Source: Bacillota bacterium (GTDB lineage Bacteria > Bacillota_I > Bacilli_A > RF39 > UBA660). From it: DNA of 64,000 bases. A program made the position numbers and the translations under genes. The notes beneath the pieces were generated by a model. That model saw only the letters and a list, made by a program, of their open reading frames with translations, searched no databases and was not told where the DNA came from. Where the stretch lies: NCBI GenBank assembly GCA_015059365.1, contig SVAO01000001.1, positions 78,153 to 142,152 of the forward strand, written 5' to 3'. Of this stretch, positions 51,955 to 61,824 are shown in pieces (the first letter of the stretch is position 1; every line of letters starts with the position of its first letter).

Positions 51955-53406
51955 ATGAAAAAAATTAGTATGTTGTTTATATTTTGTATAGGTCTTTTAT
52001 TCTTGCCATTATCAATTAAAGCAGCTTCTTTTTCGGTGAGTGCTAGTAGTTATAATGTGCCAGTTGGAAGTACTGTAACTGTTTATGTTAAGGGAAGCGA
52101 TTTAACGGGTAGAGTAGATGTATCTTCTTCAAATAATAGTATATTTTCAGGTGGCGGGTACAAATGGATTGAAAATGATACAGTTTCATTTAAATTTACT
52201 GCTAAGACTGCTGGAAGTGTAACTATTACTGTTGCTCCAGCTAAAGGAACAGCCAATTCCAGTGGTCAAATTGTAAATCTTTCAAGCAAAACTATTATTT
52301 TAAAATCATATATTCCTCGTGCATTATCTAGCGATAATTATCTATCTAGTTTAAGCGTTGATGGAGTTGAATTAGTTCCTTCTTTTGATAAAGATACTAC
52401 TGGTTATATAGTTGATTTAGAACCAGGCACTACTTCAATTAATGTAGATGCAACAAAAGCTAACAAATATGCATCAGTTAGTGGAACTGGAAAAATATCT
52501 GTTAAGGAAGGTAGTAATGAAATAAATGTAGTTGTTACTGCCGAAAATGGTGCTAAAAAAACTTATACAATTACTGCAGTTGTAAAAGAATATGCTCCTA
52601 TAAATGTAACTTTAGGGAATCGTGATTTTACAGTTGTAAGAAAAAAAGAAGAATTAATAAAACCAGAATATTATAATGATACAACTATTAAAATTGGAGA
52701 AGATTATGTTCCTGGATTTTATAATGAAAGAACTGGTTATTATCTTATTGGTTTAAAAGATGTTACTGGTTCAGTCGAATTATATTCTTACAATGCCACT
52801 AAAAAAACATATTCATCTTATACTTCATTAGAATTTAATAAAATGAACTTAATAATATTAGAGGTTGATGAGTCAAAACTTCCAAAAGGATTTGAAAAAG
52901 ATTCAATAACATTAAATAAAAAAGTTATTACTTGTTATAAAAATTACGAATTAGGGATAACGCTAATTTATGGAAAAAGTATTATAACTGGTGAAGAAAA
53001 CTTTTATGCTTACGAAAATACGGATTTAACTATCCAAAAATTTAATAATGATGCATATGATAAATTGAATGAAAAAATACAACTTTATTCTTATATGATA
53101 GTAGGATTGGGTTCATTAATTTTACTGATATTGATATGTTTAATAATATCTAAGATTGTTAAAAAGGTTAAACTAAAAAATAAAAAAAGTGAAATAGAAA
53201 AAACTATGAATATTGATATTAATAAAATAAAAAAAGAAGCAAAGAAAGATAAAAATTTAGAAAAATTAAAAAAACAGCAAGAAAAAGAACTAAAAAAAGC
53301 AGAAAAAGAAAAGAAAAAGTTAGAAGCAAAAATTGAAAAACAGAATAAAAAAAGAGATAAAAAACAAAAAAATAAAGAAAAAGATGATAATATGTTTTAT
53401 TTATAG
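51955..53406 (+). CDS. membrane-anchored surface protein with cadherin-like beta-sandwich domain and K/E-rich cytoplasmic tail
   Basis: signal peptide, Ig-like N-terminal domain, cadherin-like domain (YLSSLSVDGVELVPSFDKDTTGYIVDL...EINVVVTAENGAKKTYTITAV), C-terminal TM helix then KKEKE low-complexity tail. Confidence 0.55.
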   Translation: MKKISMLFIFCIGLLFLPLSIKAASFSVSASSYNVPVGSTVTVYVKGSDLTGRVDVSSSNNSIFSGGGYKWIENDTVSFKFTAKTAGSVTITVAPAKGTANSSGQIVNLSSKTIILKSYIPRALSSDNYLSSLSVDGVELVPSFDKDTTGYIVDLEPGTTSINVDATKANKYASVSGTGKISVKEGSNEINVVVTAENGAKKTYTITAVVKEYAPINVTLGNRDFTVVRKKEELIKPEYYNDTTIKIGEDYVPGFYNERTGYYLIGLKDVTGSVELYSYNATKKTYSSYTSLEFNKMNLIILEVDESKLPKGFEKDSITLNKKVITCYKNYELGITLIYGKSIITGEENFYAYENTDLTIQKFNNDAYDKLNEKIQLYSYMIVGLGSLILLILICLIISKIVKKVKLKNKKSEIEKTMNIDINKIKKEAKKDKNLEKLKKQQEKELKKAEKEKKKLEAKIEKQNKKRDKKQKNKEKDDNMFYL

Positions 53407-53429
53407 ACACTTTTGTGTCTATTTTTTTA
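53404..53429 (+). terminator. rho-independent terminator
   Basis: atagacac-tttt-gtgtctat followed by T-run. Confidence 0.7.
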
Positions 53430-53528
53430 AATTAAACTATAAAAATGTTATATTATATAGAAAAATAATACTGTTTTTGATATACTTAAATAAGGATAAA
53501 TTTATTATTTTAAGAAAGAAGGCCTATT

Positions 53529-54971
53529 ATGGAAAAAAAAAGAATAATGATTAACAACATTTGTAAGGCGGTAAATATTATTTCTTTAATACTTACTGTA
53601 ATTTTCTTTATTTATGTAATTAACTTAAAAATGTTACCTATAAAGTATTTGATAATTCTTTTTGTAGGAATTGCAATATTATATTCTCTTTTTTTATTAC
53701 TCGTCATTCCGAAAAATATTAAAATAGGTTTTAAGATAACTGCTACAGTTTTTATGTTTGTTATATCTTTGATTTTGTTTTTATTTAGTTTTATTTATAT
53801 AGATAAAGCAATTGATTTCATAGATAAAATAGGTAATTCTGTTGTCCAAAAAGAAAACTATTATCTGGTTGTTTTAAATGAAAGTGAGAAAAGCAATATT
53901 GAACAACTAGATAATAGTGTGGTAGGCGTGTATAATTCTAATTTAGGATTAGGAAACTTGGATAAAGCACTTAAATTGTTGAAGAACAAAATTTCTTTTG
54001 AAAAAGTAGAATATAATGATTTGAAATTAATGCTAACTGATTTAAATAATGGTGTTGTAAGTGCTGTTTTAATAAACGATTCAATAAGTTCAATAATTGA
54101 ATCTGATTTAAGTTACCTAAACATTTCTATTAAAAAGATTGATACAATTTCAATTTTAGTAGAACATGTTGATTTAGTAAAATATGTAGATGTGACTAAC
54201 ACCCCATTTAATATTTATATAGCCGGTTCAGATAGGTATGGAAGTATAGATAAAATAACTAATACGGATGTTAATATGGTTATTACGGTTGATCCGGTGA
54301 ATAATAAACTGCTTCTAACGTCTGTACCTAGGGATTACTATGTTAATCTTCCTAACTTAGGTGGTATGGACAAAATCACTCATGCAGGTTATTATGGAAC
54401 GCAAACATCTGTTAAAGCGATAGAAGATTTATTAGATATTGAAGTAAACTATTATGCGAAAGTTAATTTTTCGACTGTTGAAGAAGTAGTTAATGCAATT
54501 GGTGGAATTACTGTATATAATGAATTTTCGTTCTGTATGGTAGAATCTCCTGATGTTTGTTTTGGAGCAGGTAATATACATTTAGATGGATATAGGGCCT
54601 TAATGTATGCTAGAGAAAGAAAAACTTTTGCTACGGGTGATGTTCAACGCGTTAAAAATCAACAAAAGGTTTTGACTGCTGTTATAAAAAAAATAACTGG
54701 GTCAACTAGTATTATTACTAATTATGCAGAAATATTAGATTCAGTTAGTAATAATTTTAATACTAATTTAGATTATGAAAGTATATCAAGTCTTGTTAGA
54801 AAACAATTAAATGATATGAAAGGTTGGACAATAGATAGTCAAAATTTAACTGGCTTTGATTTATATACTACTGAAACATACTCATATCCAGGCATGAATT
54901 TGTATGTGATGCAACAAAACGAAAAGTCTGTTAATCAAGCAAGAGAAAAAATAAAAGAATTTATGAATTAG
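53529..54971 (+). CDS. LytR-CpsA-Psr (LCP) family cell-wall glycopolymer transferase
   Basis: N-terminal TM segments, LCP catalytic core (ITVDPVNNKLLLTSVPRDYYVNLP, GYRALMYARER). Confidence 0.8.
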   Translation: MEKKRIMINNICKAVNIISLILTVIFFIYVINLKMLPIKYLIILFVGIAILYSLFLLLVIPKNIKIGFKITATVFMFVISLILFLFSFIYIDKAIDFIDKIGNSVVQKENYYLVVLNESEKSNIEQLDNSVVGVYNSNLGLGNLDKALKLLKNKISFEKVEYNDLKLMLTDLNNGVVSAVLINDSISSIIESDLSYLNISIKKIDTISILVEHVDLVKYVDVTNTPFNIYIAGSDRYGSIDKITNTDVNMVITVDPVNNKLLLTSVPRDYYVNLPNLGGMDKITHAGYYGTQTSVKAIEDLLDIEVNYYAKVNFSTVEEVVNAIGGITVYNEFSFCMVESPDVCFGAGNIHLDGYRALMYARERKTFATGDVQRVKNQQKVLTAVIKKITGSTSIITNYAEILDSVSNNFNTNLDYESISSLVRKQLNDMKGWTIDSQNLTGFDLYTTETYSYPGMNLYVMQQNEKSVNQAREKIKEFMN

Positions 54972-54979
54972 GTGATTGA

Positions 54980-57241
54980 ATGAAAAAAATATTATTTGCA
55001 GCAAATTTGGATTCCTTTTTCACAAAGTTTTTAATCCCACAATTAAAGTGTTTTAAAGAAATGGGTTATGAAGTTCATGTTGCTTCAAAGAGTGAGAATA
55101 TTAATATTCCGTATTGTGATAAAAAGTTTGATGTTAATTTTGCTAGAGGATTTAATTTGAAACAAAATATTGAATCTTACAAACAAATGAAGGAAATATT
55201 TAAAAATGAGCACTATGATATAGTAAGTTGTCATACACCATTCGGTGGTGCCATAACTAGGTTAGCGTTTAAGGCTTGTAAAATAAAGAATACTAAGATG
55301 GTTTATATGGCACATGGATTTCATTTTTACAAAGGAGCATCCCTATTAAATTGGTTGTTGTTTTATTCTGCAGAAAGATATTTAGCAAAATATACAGATG
55401 CATTAATTACAATTAATTTAGAAGATTACGAAATAGCAAAAGCAAAATTTAAGACAAATGTGTATTATGTAAAAGGGATAGGTTTGGATCCGGCAAAATT
55501 TGATTTTAAATTTACGGATAAAGAAAGAAATAGACTAAGAAAATCATTGGGACTAAATAAAGATGATTTTGTTATGATATATCCGGCTGAAATTTTACCT
55601 CGCAAAAGGCAAAAATGGTTAATTAATACATTAAAACCTTTACTAGACAATAATAAAAACTTTAAAGTTTTACTTCCTGGTAAAGATTCTATGAATGGAA
55701 AGTGTCAAGAATTAGTTAAAAAACTAAATTTAGAAAATCAAATTAAATTTTTAGGATTTAGAAAAGATGTACCACAATTAATTATGATGTCAGACTTGTC
55801 TATATCAACATCAAAACAAGAAGGACTACCTGTAAATATAATGGAGGGCATATATTGTGGTTTACCAATTGTAGCTACCGCATGTCGTGGCAATAGAGAT
55901 TTAATTGAAAATGGCAAGAATGGGTTTATTGTTGGTATAAATGATAAAGAAGAATTTTGTAAAAAAATACTATATTGTTCGAAATCAAAAGATAAAGAAT
56001 TTTATAACATAAAACAGTGTAATGAAAAATTGATAAAAGAATTTTTATTAGATAAAATTATAAAAGATATAGTGAAGATCTATGAAGATGATTGTGATAT
56101 ATTTCTTCAAGAACCCAAACGCATTTTACAAGTTATTAGTGGTCCACAAATTGGTGGTGTTGAAACTATGCTTATGAATATATATCGACATGTGGATAGA
56201 AAAAAGATTCAATTTGATTTCACAAATCACATTGATGATTTCAGTGGTTATTATGATGAAATAAATGCACTTGGAGGAAAAGTTCACCAAATTTTACCAA
56301 TAAGACGTATTGGTGTTTTTAAATATATTAATAATATACGAAAATTAGTGAAAAATAATAAATATCAAATTGTACATTCACATATAAGTATTAATAATTG
56401 TTTTGTTTTATTTGGGGCTTGGTTAGGTGGAGCAAAGATAAGAATTTCACATGCTCATACTACTTCTACAGAAAAGCCTAATAATTTTATTTATAATTTA
56501 ATAACAAGAATTATGAAAAAAATAAATTTAATTTTTGCAACTGATTTTTGTGCTTGTGGTAAACTTGCTGGTGAATTCTTATATGGAAAAAAAATGTTAA
56601 AAAATAATAGGGTAAAAATCATAAATAACGCTATTGATATAGAAAAATTTACGGCTTACCATAATACACAAAAAAGTGTACGTAAAAGTGAAAAATTACC
56701 ATTAAATAAAACCATAGTAGGACACATTGGAAGATTTGATGGTGAGGTCAAAAATCATAAGTTTATAATAGATTTAGCTTTATATTTAAAAGAAAAAAAA
56801 CTTATAAAAAATTATTATTTTATATTAGTTGGTACTGGTGAAAATATAGAAAAATATAAGGAAATGGTAATTAAAAACAAATTACAAGATAACTTTTTAT
56901 TTTATGGGTTATCAAACGATATTCCTAAATTGATGCAAGCGTTCGATTATTTTATTTTACCATCTTTATATGAGGGATTACCTGTTGTTGCAATCGAATC
57001 ACAAGCTGCTGGGGTAAAAACTATTGTTTCTAATAAAATTACAAGAGAAATAGATTTAAAACTTGGTTTGATAGAATTTTTAGGTATTGAAAGAAAAGAT
57101 TTAAAAAAATGGGCTAATATTCTAAAAAATAATGATCAACAACCAATTGATTATAATAAGATATTAACAAAATTCGAAAAAAGTAATTATAATATTAAGA
57201 ATAATGTAAAAAAAATATATGAATTATATAATATCGAGTAG
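54980..57241 (+). CDS. tandem fusion of two GT4-family (GT-B) glycosyltransferases
   Basis: 753 aa; two successive GT-B units each ending in an EGLP/EGF-type motif (EGLPVNIMEGIYCGLPIVAT and EGLPVVAIESQAAGVKTIVS). Confidence 0.7.
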   Translation: MKKILFAANLDSFFTKFLIPQLKCFKEMGYEVHVASKSENINIPYCDKKFDVNFARGFNLKQNIESYKQMKEIFKNEHYDIVSCHTPFGGAITRLAFKACKIKNTKMVYMAHGFHFYKGASLLNWLLFYSAERYLAKYTDALITINLEDYEIAKAKFKTNVYYVKGIGLDPAKFDFKFTDKERNRLRKSLGLNKDDFVMIYPAEILPRKRQKWLINTLKPLLDNNKNFKVLLPGKDSMNGKCQELVKKLNLENQIKFLGFRKDVPQLIMMSDLSISTSKQEGLPVNIMEGIYCGLPIVATACRGNRDLIENGKNGFIVGINDKEEFCKKILYCSKSKDKEFYNIKQCNEKLIKEFLLDKIIKDIVKIYEDDCDIFLQEPKRILQVISGPQIGGVETMLMNIYRHVDRKKIQFDFTNHIDDFSGYYDEINALGGKVHQILPIRRIGVFKYINNIRKLVKNNKYQIVHSHISINNCFVLFGAWLGGAKIRISHAHTTSTEKPNNFIYNLITRIMKKINLIFATDFCACGKLAGEFLYGKKMLKNNRVKIINNAIDIEKFTAYHNTQKSVRKSEKLPLNKTIVGHIGRFDGEVKNHKFIIDLALYLKEKKLIKNYYFILVGTGENIEKYKEMVIKNKLQDNFLFYGLSNDIPKLMQAFDYFILPSLYEGLPVVAIESQAAGVKTIVSNKITREIDLKLGLIEFLGIERKDLKKWANILKNNDQQPIDYNKILTKFEKSNYNIKNNVKKIYELYNIE

Positions 57242-57256
57242 AAGAGGTGATAATTA

Positions 57257-58225
57257 ATGAAAACTCTTTCTATAATTATTCCGGTATACAATGCGGAAAA
57301 ATATATAAAAAGATGTATTGAAAGTATTGTTCAGTATAAAAATGTAAATGAAATAATTTTAGTTGATGATGGTTCAATAGACAACAGTTTAAAAATTTGT
57401 AATTCATATTCTCAAAAATACAAAAAAATAAAGGTTTTTAGTCAAAAAAATGCCGGCCCTTCAAGTGCCAGAAATTATGGTATCAGTATGTCTAAAAGCA
57501 GTTATATTATGTTTGTTGATAGTGACGACTATGTAAATAATAAATTTGCTGAAGTATTGAATGTATTTAATAGGCAAACGTGTGATTATTATATGTTTGA
57601 TTATCAAATTGAAAAAAATAATGAGAGTGTAGATAAAACAGATGCTATAGATGAATGTAAATTTAAGGCTTCAGATGTAAAGAAAATAAAAAAACTAATC
57701 ATAAGTGAAAAAATTAATTCACCGTGTACAAAAATATATAAAAAAGATATTATTATTGAAAATAAGATAAAATTTAATGAAAAAATAAATTTAGCTGAAG
57801 ATTTATTGTTTAATTTACAATATTTAGAAAAATGCGATTCTATTTATGAATCAAATTTAAAGTTCTATAATTATTGTTATAATGATGTTGAATCTATAAC
57901 AAAAAAGTTTCAAGTAAAAAAGTATGAAACGTTAATGGCTGCAAATAAAGAAATTTATAATGTGTTGTTAAAGTTGAATTTAGGAAAACTAATTAATTAT
58001 TTAGTTTATAAAAACATTTTTTCTGTTTTTTGTGATTTGCATAAGTTAGATTGCCCCTATAATAAAAAAGAAAAATTAGACTTTATCAAAGATAAAAGTA
58101 AAAAACACAAAAGTATTGTTTTATTAGATTGTGGATTAACAATGCTATTATGGACAATAATATTTTCTTGTAAATCTACAAGAGTTATATATTTGTGTAC
58201 TAAAATATATAGCAAGTTAAAATAG
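57257..58225 (+). CDS. GT2 family glycosyltransferase
   Basis: LSIIIPVYNAEKYI...VDDGS...DSDD motifs. Confidence 0.75.
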   Translation: MKTLSIIIPVYNAEKYIKRCIESIVQYKNVNEIILVDDGSIDNSLKICNSYSQKYKKIKVFSQKNAGPSSARNYGISMSKSSYIMFVDSDDYVNNKFAEVLNVFNRQTCDYYMFDYQIEKNNESVDKTDAIDECKFKASDVKKIKKLIISEKINSPCTKIYKKDIIIENKIKFNEKINLAEDLLFNLQYLEKCDSIYESNLKFYNYCYNDVESITKKFQVKKYETLMAANKEIYNVLLKLNLGKLINYLVYKNIFSVFCDLHKLDCPYNKKEKLDFIKDKSKKHKSIVLLDCGLTMLLWTIIFSCKSTRVIYLCTKIYSKLK

Positions 58226-58235
58226 GAGGTATAAA

Positions 58236-59312
58236 ATGTTAATATATATATTTGTTGCGATATTAACTATACTGTTATTGCATTTTTCAAAGAGAATGAA
58301 TAACCTAAAGACCAAAAAAATGCTTATAATTATATCTTTTAGTATTTTGTTTATTGTTTCAGGATTTAGATATTGTGTTGGAACTGATTTTGATAATTAT
58401 GCAAGCTGGTTTTTTCAAATTAATACTTTAAAAGATATTCATATTTCTAGTTTTGGTTTTGATGTTTTAATACTATTAATAAAATTATTTACTAATAATA
58501 GTCAATGGCTTTTTATAATTACATCTTTTATAATTCTATTATTAATATATAAAGCCATTTTGAATGAAAAAGATGATTATGATTTAATACTATATTTATT
58601 TATAACTTTAATTTTTTATTGTAGTAGTTTTAATGGTATTAGGCAGTGGATTGCAATAGCAATATTAATGAATTCATTAAAATTTATAAGAGAAAAAAAT
58701 TTTTATAAATATCTTATTTGTGTATTGGCGGCAAGTTTATTTCATATAACGGCATTAAATACCATAATACTATATTTTCTTTTAAATTTGAAATATAAAG
58801 ATACTATCAAGGTTATTTTATTTGTGCTTGCTTTTCTGATTTTGAAAATAACTAATATTACTGAAATTTTTATTTTAATTGTAAAACATATATTACCATC
58901 ATATTATGCTAAGTATACAATTACTGGATATGATATTTATGCAATTAGAGGAGGAATTTTGCCAATTTTATTATGTGGTGGTATGTTTGTATTTTATCTA
59001 CTTTTCAAAAAGAAGTTATTATCAAAACAACTAATTGAAGAAGAAAAATTAGAATTCAAAATTAATTTTGCGTTTATTTTATCTATTATGTCAGTAGTAA
59101 ATACTGTTAATGAACTGTTTTGTAGAATTGCATTATTTTATATACCATTTGTAATATTTTTAATTCCTGATGTATTAAAAATATTTAATGATAAATGGAG
59201 AAAAATTTTTAAAGTTTTAATAATAATATTAACATTGATTTTTATGATAATTAATATTAGTCATAATAACCCGCATGATGCTTTACCATATACTTTTTAT
59301 TTTTTTAGATAA
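58236..59312 (+). CDS. EpsG-family / Wzy-like polysaccharide polymerase membrane protein
   Basis: 358 aa with about 10 TM, EpsG-like pattern; located between GT genes and Wzx. Confidence 0.55.
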   Translation: MLIYIFVAILTILLLHFSKRMNNLKTKKMLIIISFSILFIVSGFRYCVGTDFDNYASWFFQINTLKDIHISSFGFDVLILLIKLFTNNSQWLFIITSFIILLLIYKAILNEKDDYDLILYLFITLIFYCSSFNGIRQWIAIAILMNSLKFIREKNFYKYLICVLAASLFHITALNTIILYFLLNLKYKDTIKVILFVLAFLILKITNITEIFILIVKHILPSYYAKYTITGYDIYAIRGGILPILLCGGMFVFYLLFKKKLLSKQLIEEEKLEFKINFAFILSIMSVVNTVNELFCRIALFYIPFVIFLIPDVLKIFNDKWRKIFKVLIIILTLIFMIINISHNNPHDALPYTFYFFR

Positions 59313-59356
59313 TTATTTTATACATGTATTTAATGTTATTGTTAGGAGGTAATACT

Positions 59357-60334
59357 GTGTTGAAAGAAGATATAGAAGTTAGTGTTTGTTGTTTAACATA
59401 TAATCACAAAAATTATATAAGACAAGCTATAGATAGTTTTATAAACCAAAATACAAATTTTAATTATGAAGTTGTTATACATGATGATTGTTCTAATGAT
59501 GGAACGATAGATATATTAAAGGAATATGAACAAAAATATCCAAATATTATAAAGGTAATATATGAAGAAAAAAATTTGTATTCTCAAGGGATTAAGATGG
59601 AACCGATGGTATTTAAACAATGTAAAGGTAAATATATAGCACTATGTGAAGGTGATGATTATTGGTGTGATGAAAACAAATTACAAATCCAGTATGATTT
59701 TATGAAAAAAAATGTTGATTATAGTTTGGTTTGTCACGATGCAAAATTATATTATGAAGATAAAAAAGTATATAAAAAAAGAAATAGTTCATATAAAAAA
59801 TCATGTGATTGTAGCGTTGAAGATTTTATTTTAAAGCACGGAGTTGGAGGTGGCCTTCCTACTTGTTCGATGTTTTTTAAAAAGCAATGTGTAGAACCTT
59901 TGCCTGATTTCTTTTATGAATCTTCTGTTGGGGATTTACCACTAACATTGTATTTGGGTTTGCAGGGAAAATGTTATTATATTAATAAAGTTATGGGTGT
60001 ATATAGAGTTAACACCCCAGGTTCATGGACAATGAAAATAAATAATCAAACTGAAGAACAAATTATAAAAACTCAAGATGGATTTAATAGTTTAATGAAA
60101 AACTTTAACGAGTATAGTAATAAAAAATATGACAAAGAAGTCCAAATGTATTTATTAAAGAATGATTTTGATTTAGCATTATGTTTGAAAAGATTTGAAT
60201 ATCTTAAAAATGAAAAATTCAAAGTTTTATATAAGAACTCAAATTTTAAATTTAAATTAAAATTATTTCTTATTAGAAATTTCTCAACATTATTTTTGTT
60301 TTTAAAGAAGGTAAAAAATGCAAGAAAAAAATAA
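59357..60334 (+). CDS. GT2 family glycosyltransferase
   Basis: VSVCCLTYNHKNYI...HDDCSNDGT...CEGDDYW motifs; GTG start after AGGAGG. Confidence 0.75.
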   Translation: MLKEDIEVSVCCLTYNHKNYIRQAIDSFINQNTNFNYEVVIHDDCSNDGTIDILKEYEQKYPNIIKVIYEEKNLYSQGIKMEPMVFKQCKGKYIALCEGDDYWCDENKLQIQYDFMKKNVDYSLVCHDAKLYYEDKKVYKKRNSSYKKSCDCSVEDFILKHGVGGGLPTCSMFFKKQCVEPLPDFFYESSVGDLPLTLYLGLQGKCYYINKVMGVYRVNTPGSWTMKINNQTEEQIIKTQDGFNSLMKNFNEYSNKKYDKEVQMYLLKNDFDLALCLKRFEYLKNEKFKVLYKNSNFKFKLKLFLIRNFSTLFLFLKKVKNARKK

Positions 60335-61769
60335 GGTAAATGTTATTAAAGCATTTGTTTGGAAATATTTTGAGAGATTCAGTTATCAAATTATTCAGTT
60401 TGTTGTTCAAATCATATTAGCAAGGATTCTTTTCCCAGAAGATTATGGAGTAATATCAATCATAATGGTATTTATATCTATAAGTAATGTATTTATACAA
60501 AATGGGTTTAATATGTCACTTGTTCAGAGGAAAGATGTGACAGATGAGGATTATTCTTCAGTGTTTACTGTCGGTCTTATTTTATCAGTTATACTATATA
60601 TTATATTTTATTTTGCGTCTCCTCATATTGCTCAATTTTACAATATGCCAGTTTTGACTAATACTTTTAGAGTGGTGTCAATAACATTAATATTAGGTTC
60701 ATTAAATAGTGTGCAATGTGCTTATTTAGTGAGGTATTTAAAATACAAAAGTTTATTTTTAAGCAATTTAGTTTCTGCTGTAATTTCTGGTAGTGTATCT
60801 ATCACGTTAGCGTTATGTGATTTTGGCGTTTGGGCACTTGTTATTCAACAATTATTGTATTCTTGCTTATCAACGGTTATTTTATTTTTTGTAATAGAAT
60901 GGAAACCAAGGTTAATATTAAATTTCAAGAGAGTTAAATATTTATTTTCTTTTGGCTGGAAGTTGTTGTGCTCTGGCTTGATTGAAGCTATTTACAATAA
61001 TGTTTATGAATTAATAATTGGTAAAAAGTTTAATGAAACATCTTTGGCATATTATTCAAAAGGTAAGCAGTTTCCTGCGATTATTGTAGAAAATATAAAT
61101 TCTTCTGTTTCTTCTGTTATGTTGACAGTTTTATCAAAAATTCAAGACGAAAAAGAAAGAATGAAAGAACTTTTAAAAAAATCAATTGTAGTTTCTTCCA
61201 CAATTATGTTTCCTATGATGATAGGTTTATTAGTTGTTGCTAAACCTTTAGTATCTGTTTTATTAACAGATAAATGGTTGCCTTGTGTTCCAATATTACA
61301 ACTTTTGTGTATAAGCCATTCTTTAATGCCTATTCATACTATGAATTTACAAGCGATAAATTCTCTTGGTCGAAGTGACATATATTTAAAATTAGAAATA
61401 CTTAAAAAGATATGTGCATTATTAATTTTGTTAATTACAATTCCGTTTGGCATATATGCAATGGTGTTTGGACAAATTATAATAAGTTTGATTTCATCAT
61501 TTATTAATTCATATCCAAATAAAAAGTTACTTAATTATGGATTTATTGAACAAATGAAAGATATACTTCCAATCGCTATTGTTTCAATTGTTATGGGAAT
61601 TATAGTATATTTAATATCATATTTAAATCTTGGAAGTTTGACTATTCTTTGTATCCAATGTATAATTGGAGTATTGGTATATATAGCTTTATCTAGTATA
61701 TTTAAGTTATCAGGTTTTGTATACTTAAGGGGAATTTTAAAGTCAAAAATAAATAAAAGAAAAAAATAA
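60318..61769 (+). CDS. Wzx-type oligosaccharide flippase (polysaccharide biosynthesis protein, MOP superfamily)
   Basis: 483 aa, 12-14 TM, Polysacc_synt N-terminal pattern. Confidence 0.75.
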   Translation: MQEKNKVNVIKAFVWKYFERFSYQIIQFVVQIILARILFPEDYGVISIIMVFISISNVFIQNGFNMSLVQRKDVTDEDYSSVFTVGLILSVILYIIFYFASPHIAQFYNMPVLTNTFRVVSITLILGSLNSVQCAYLVRYLKYKSLFLSNLVSAVISGSVSITLALCDFGVWALVIQQLLYSCLSTVILFFVIEWKPRLILNFKRVKYLFSFGWKLLCSGLIEAIYNNVYELIIGKKFNETSLAYYSKGKQFPAIIVENINSSVSSVMLTVLSKIQDEKERMKELLKKSIVVSSTIMFPMMIGLLVVAKPLVSVLLTDKWLPCVPILQLLCISHSLMPIHTMNLQAINSLGRSDIYLKLEILKKICALLILLITIPFGIYAMVFGQIIISLISSFINSYPNKKLLNYGFIEQMKDILPIAIVSIVMGIIVYLISYLNLGSLTILCIQCIIGVLVYIALSSIFKLSGFVYLRGILKSKINKRKK

Positions 61770-61824
61770 ATTTTATAAAATCAATAAGGAAATCAGGATT
61801 TTATTATAGAAAGAGGTAAGAAAA

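Noticed and set aside
53219-53554. Two short ORFs (minus 53219-53410, plus 53333-53554) at the 3' end of the surface-protein gene
   Set aside because: Artefacts of the Lys/Glu-codon (AAA/GAA) low-complexity repeat and its complement; overlap the real gene terminus and its terminator
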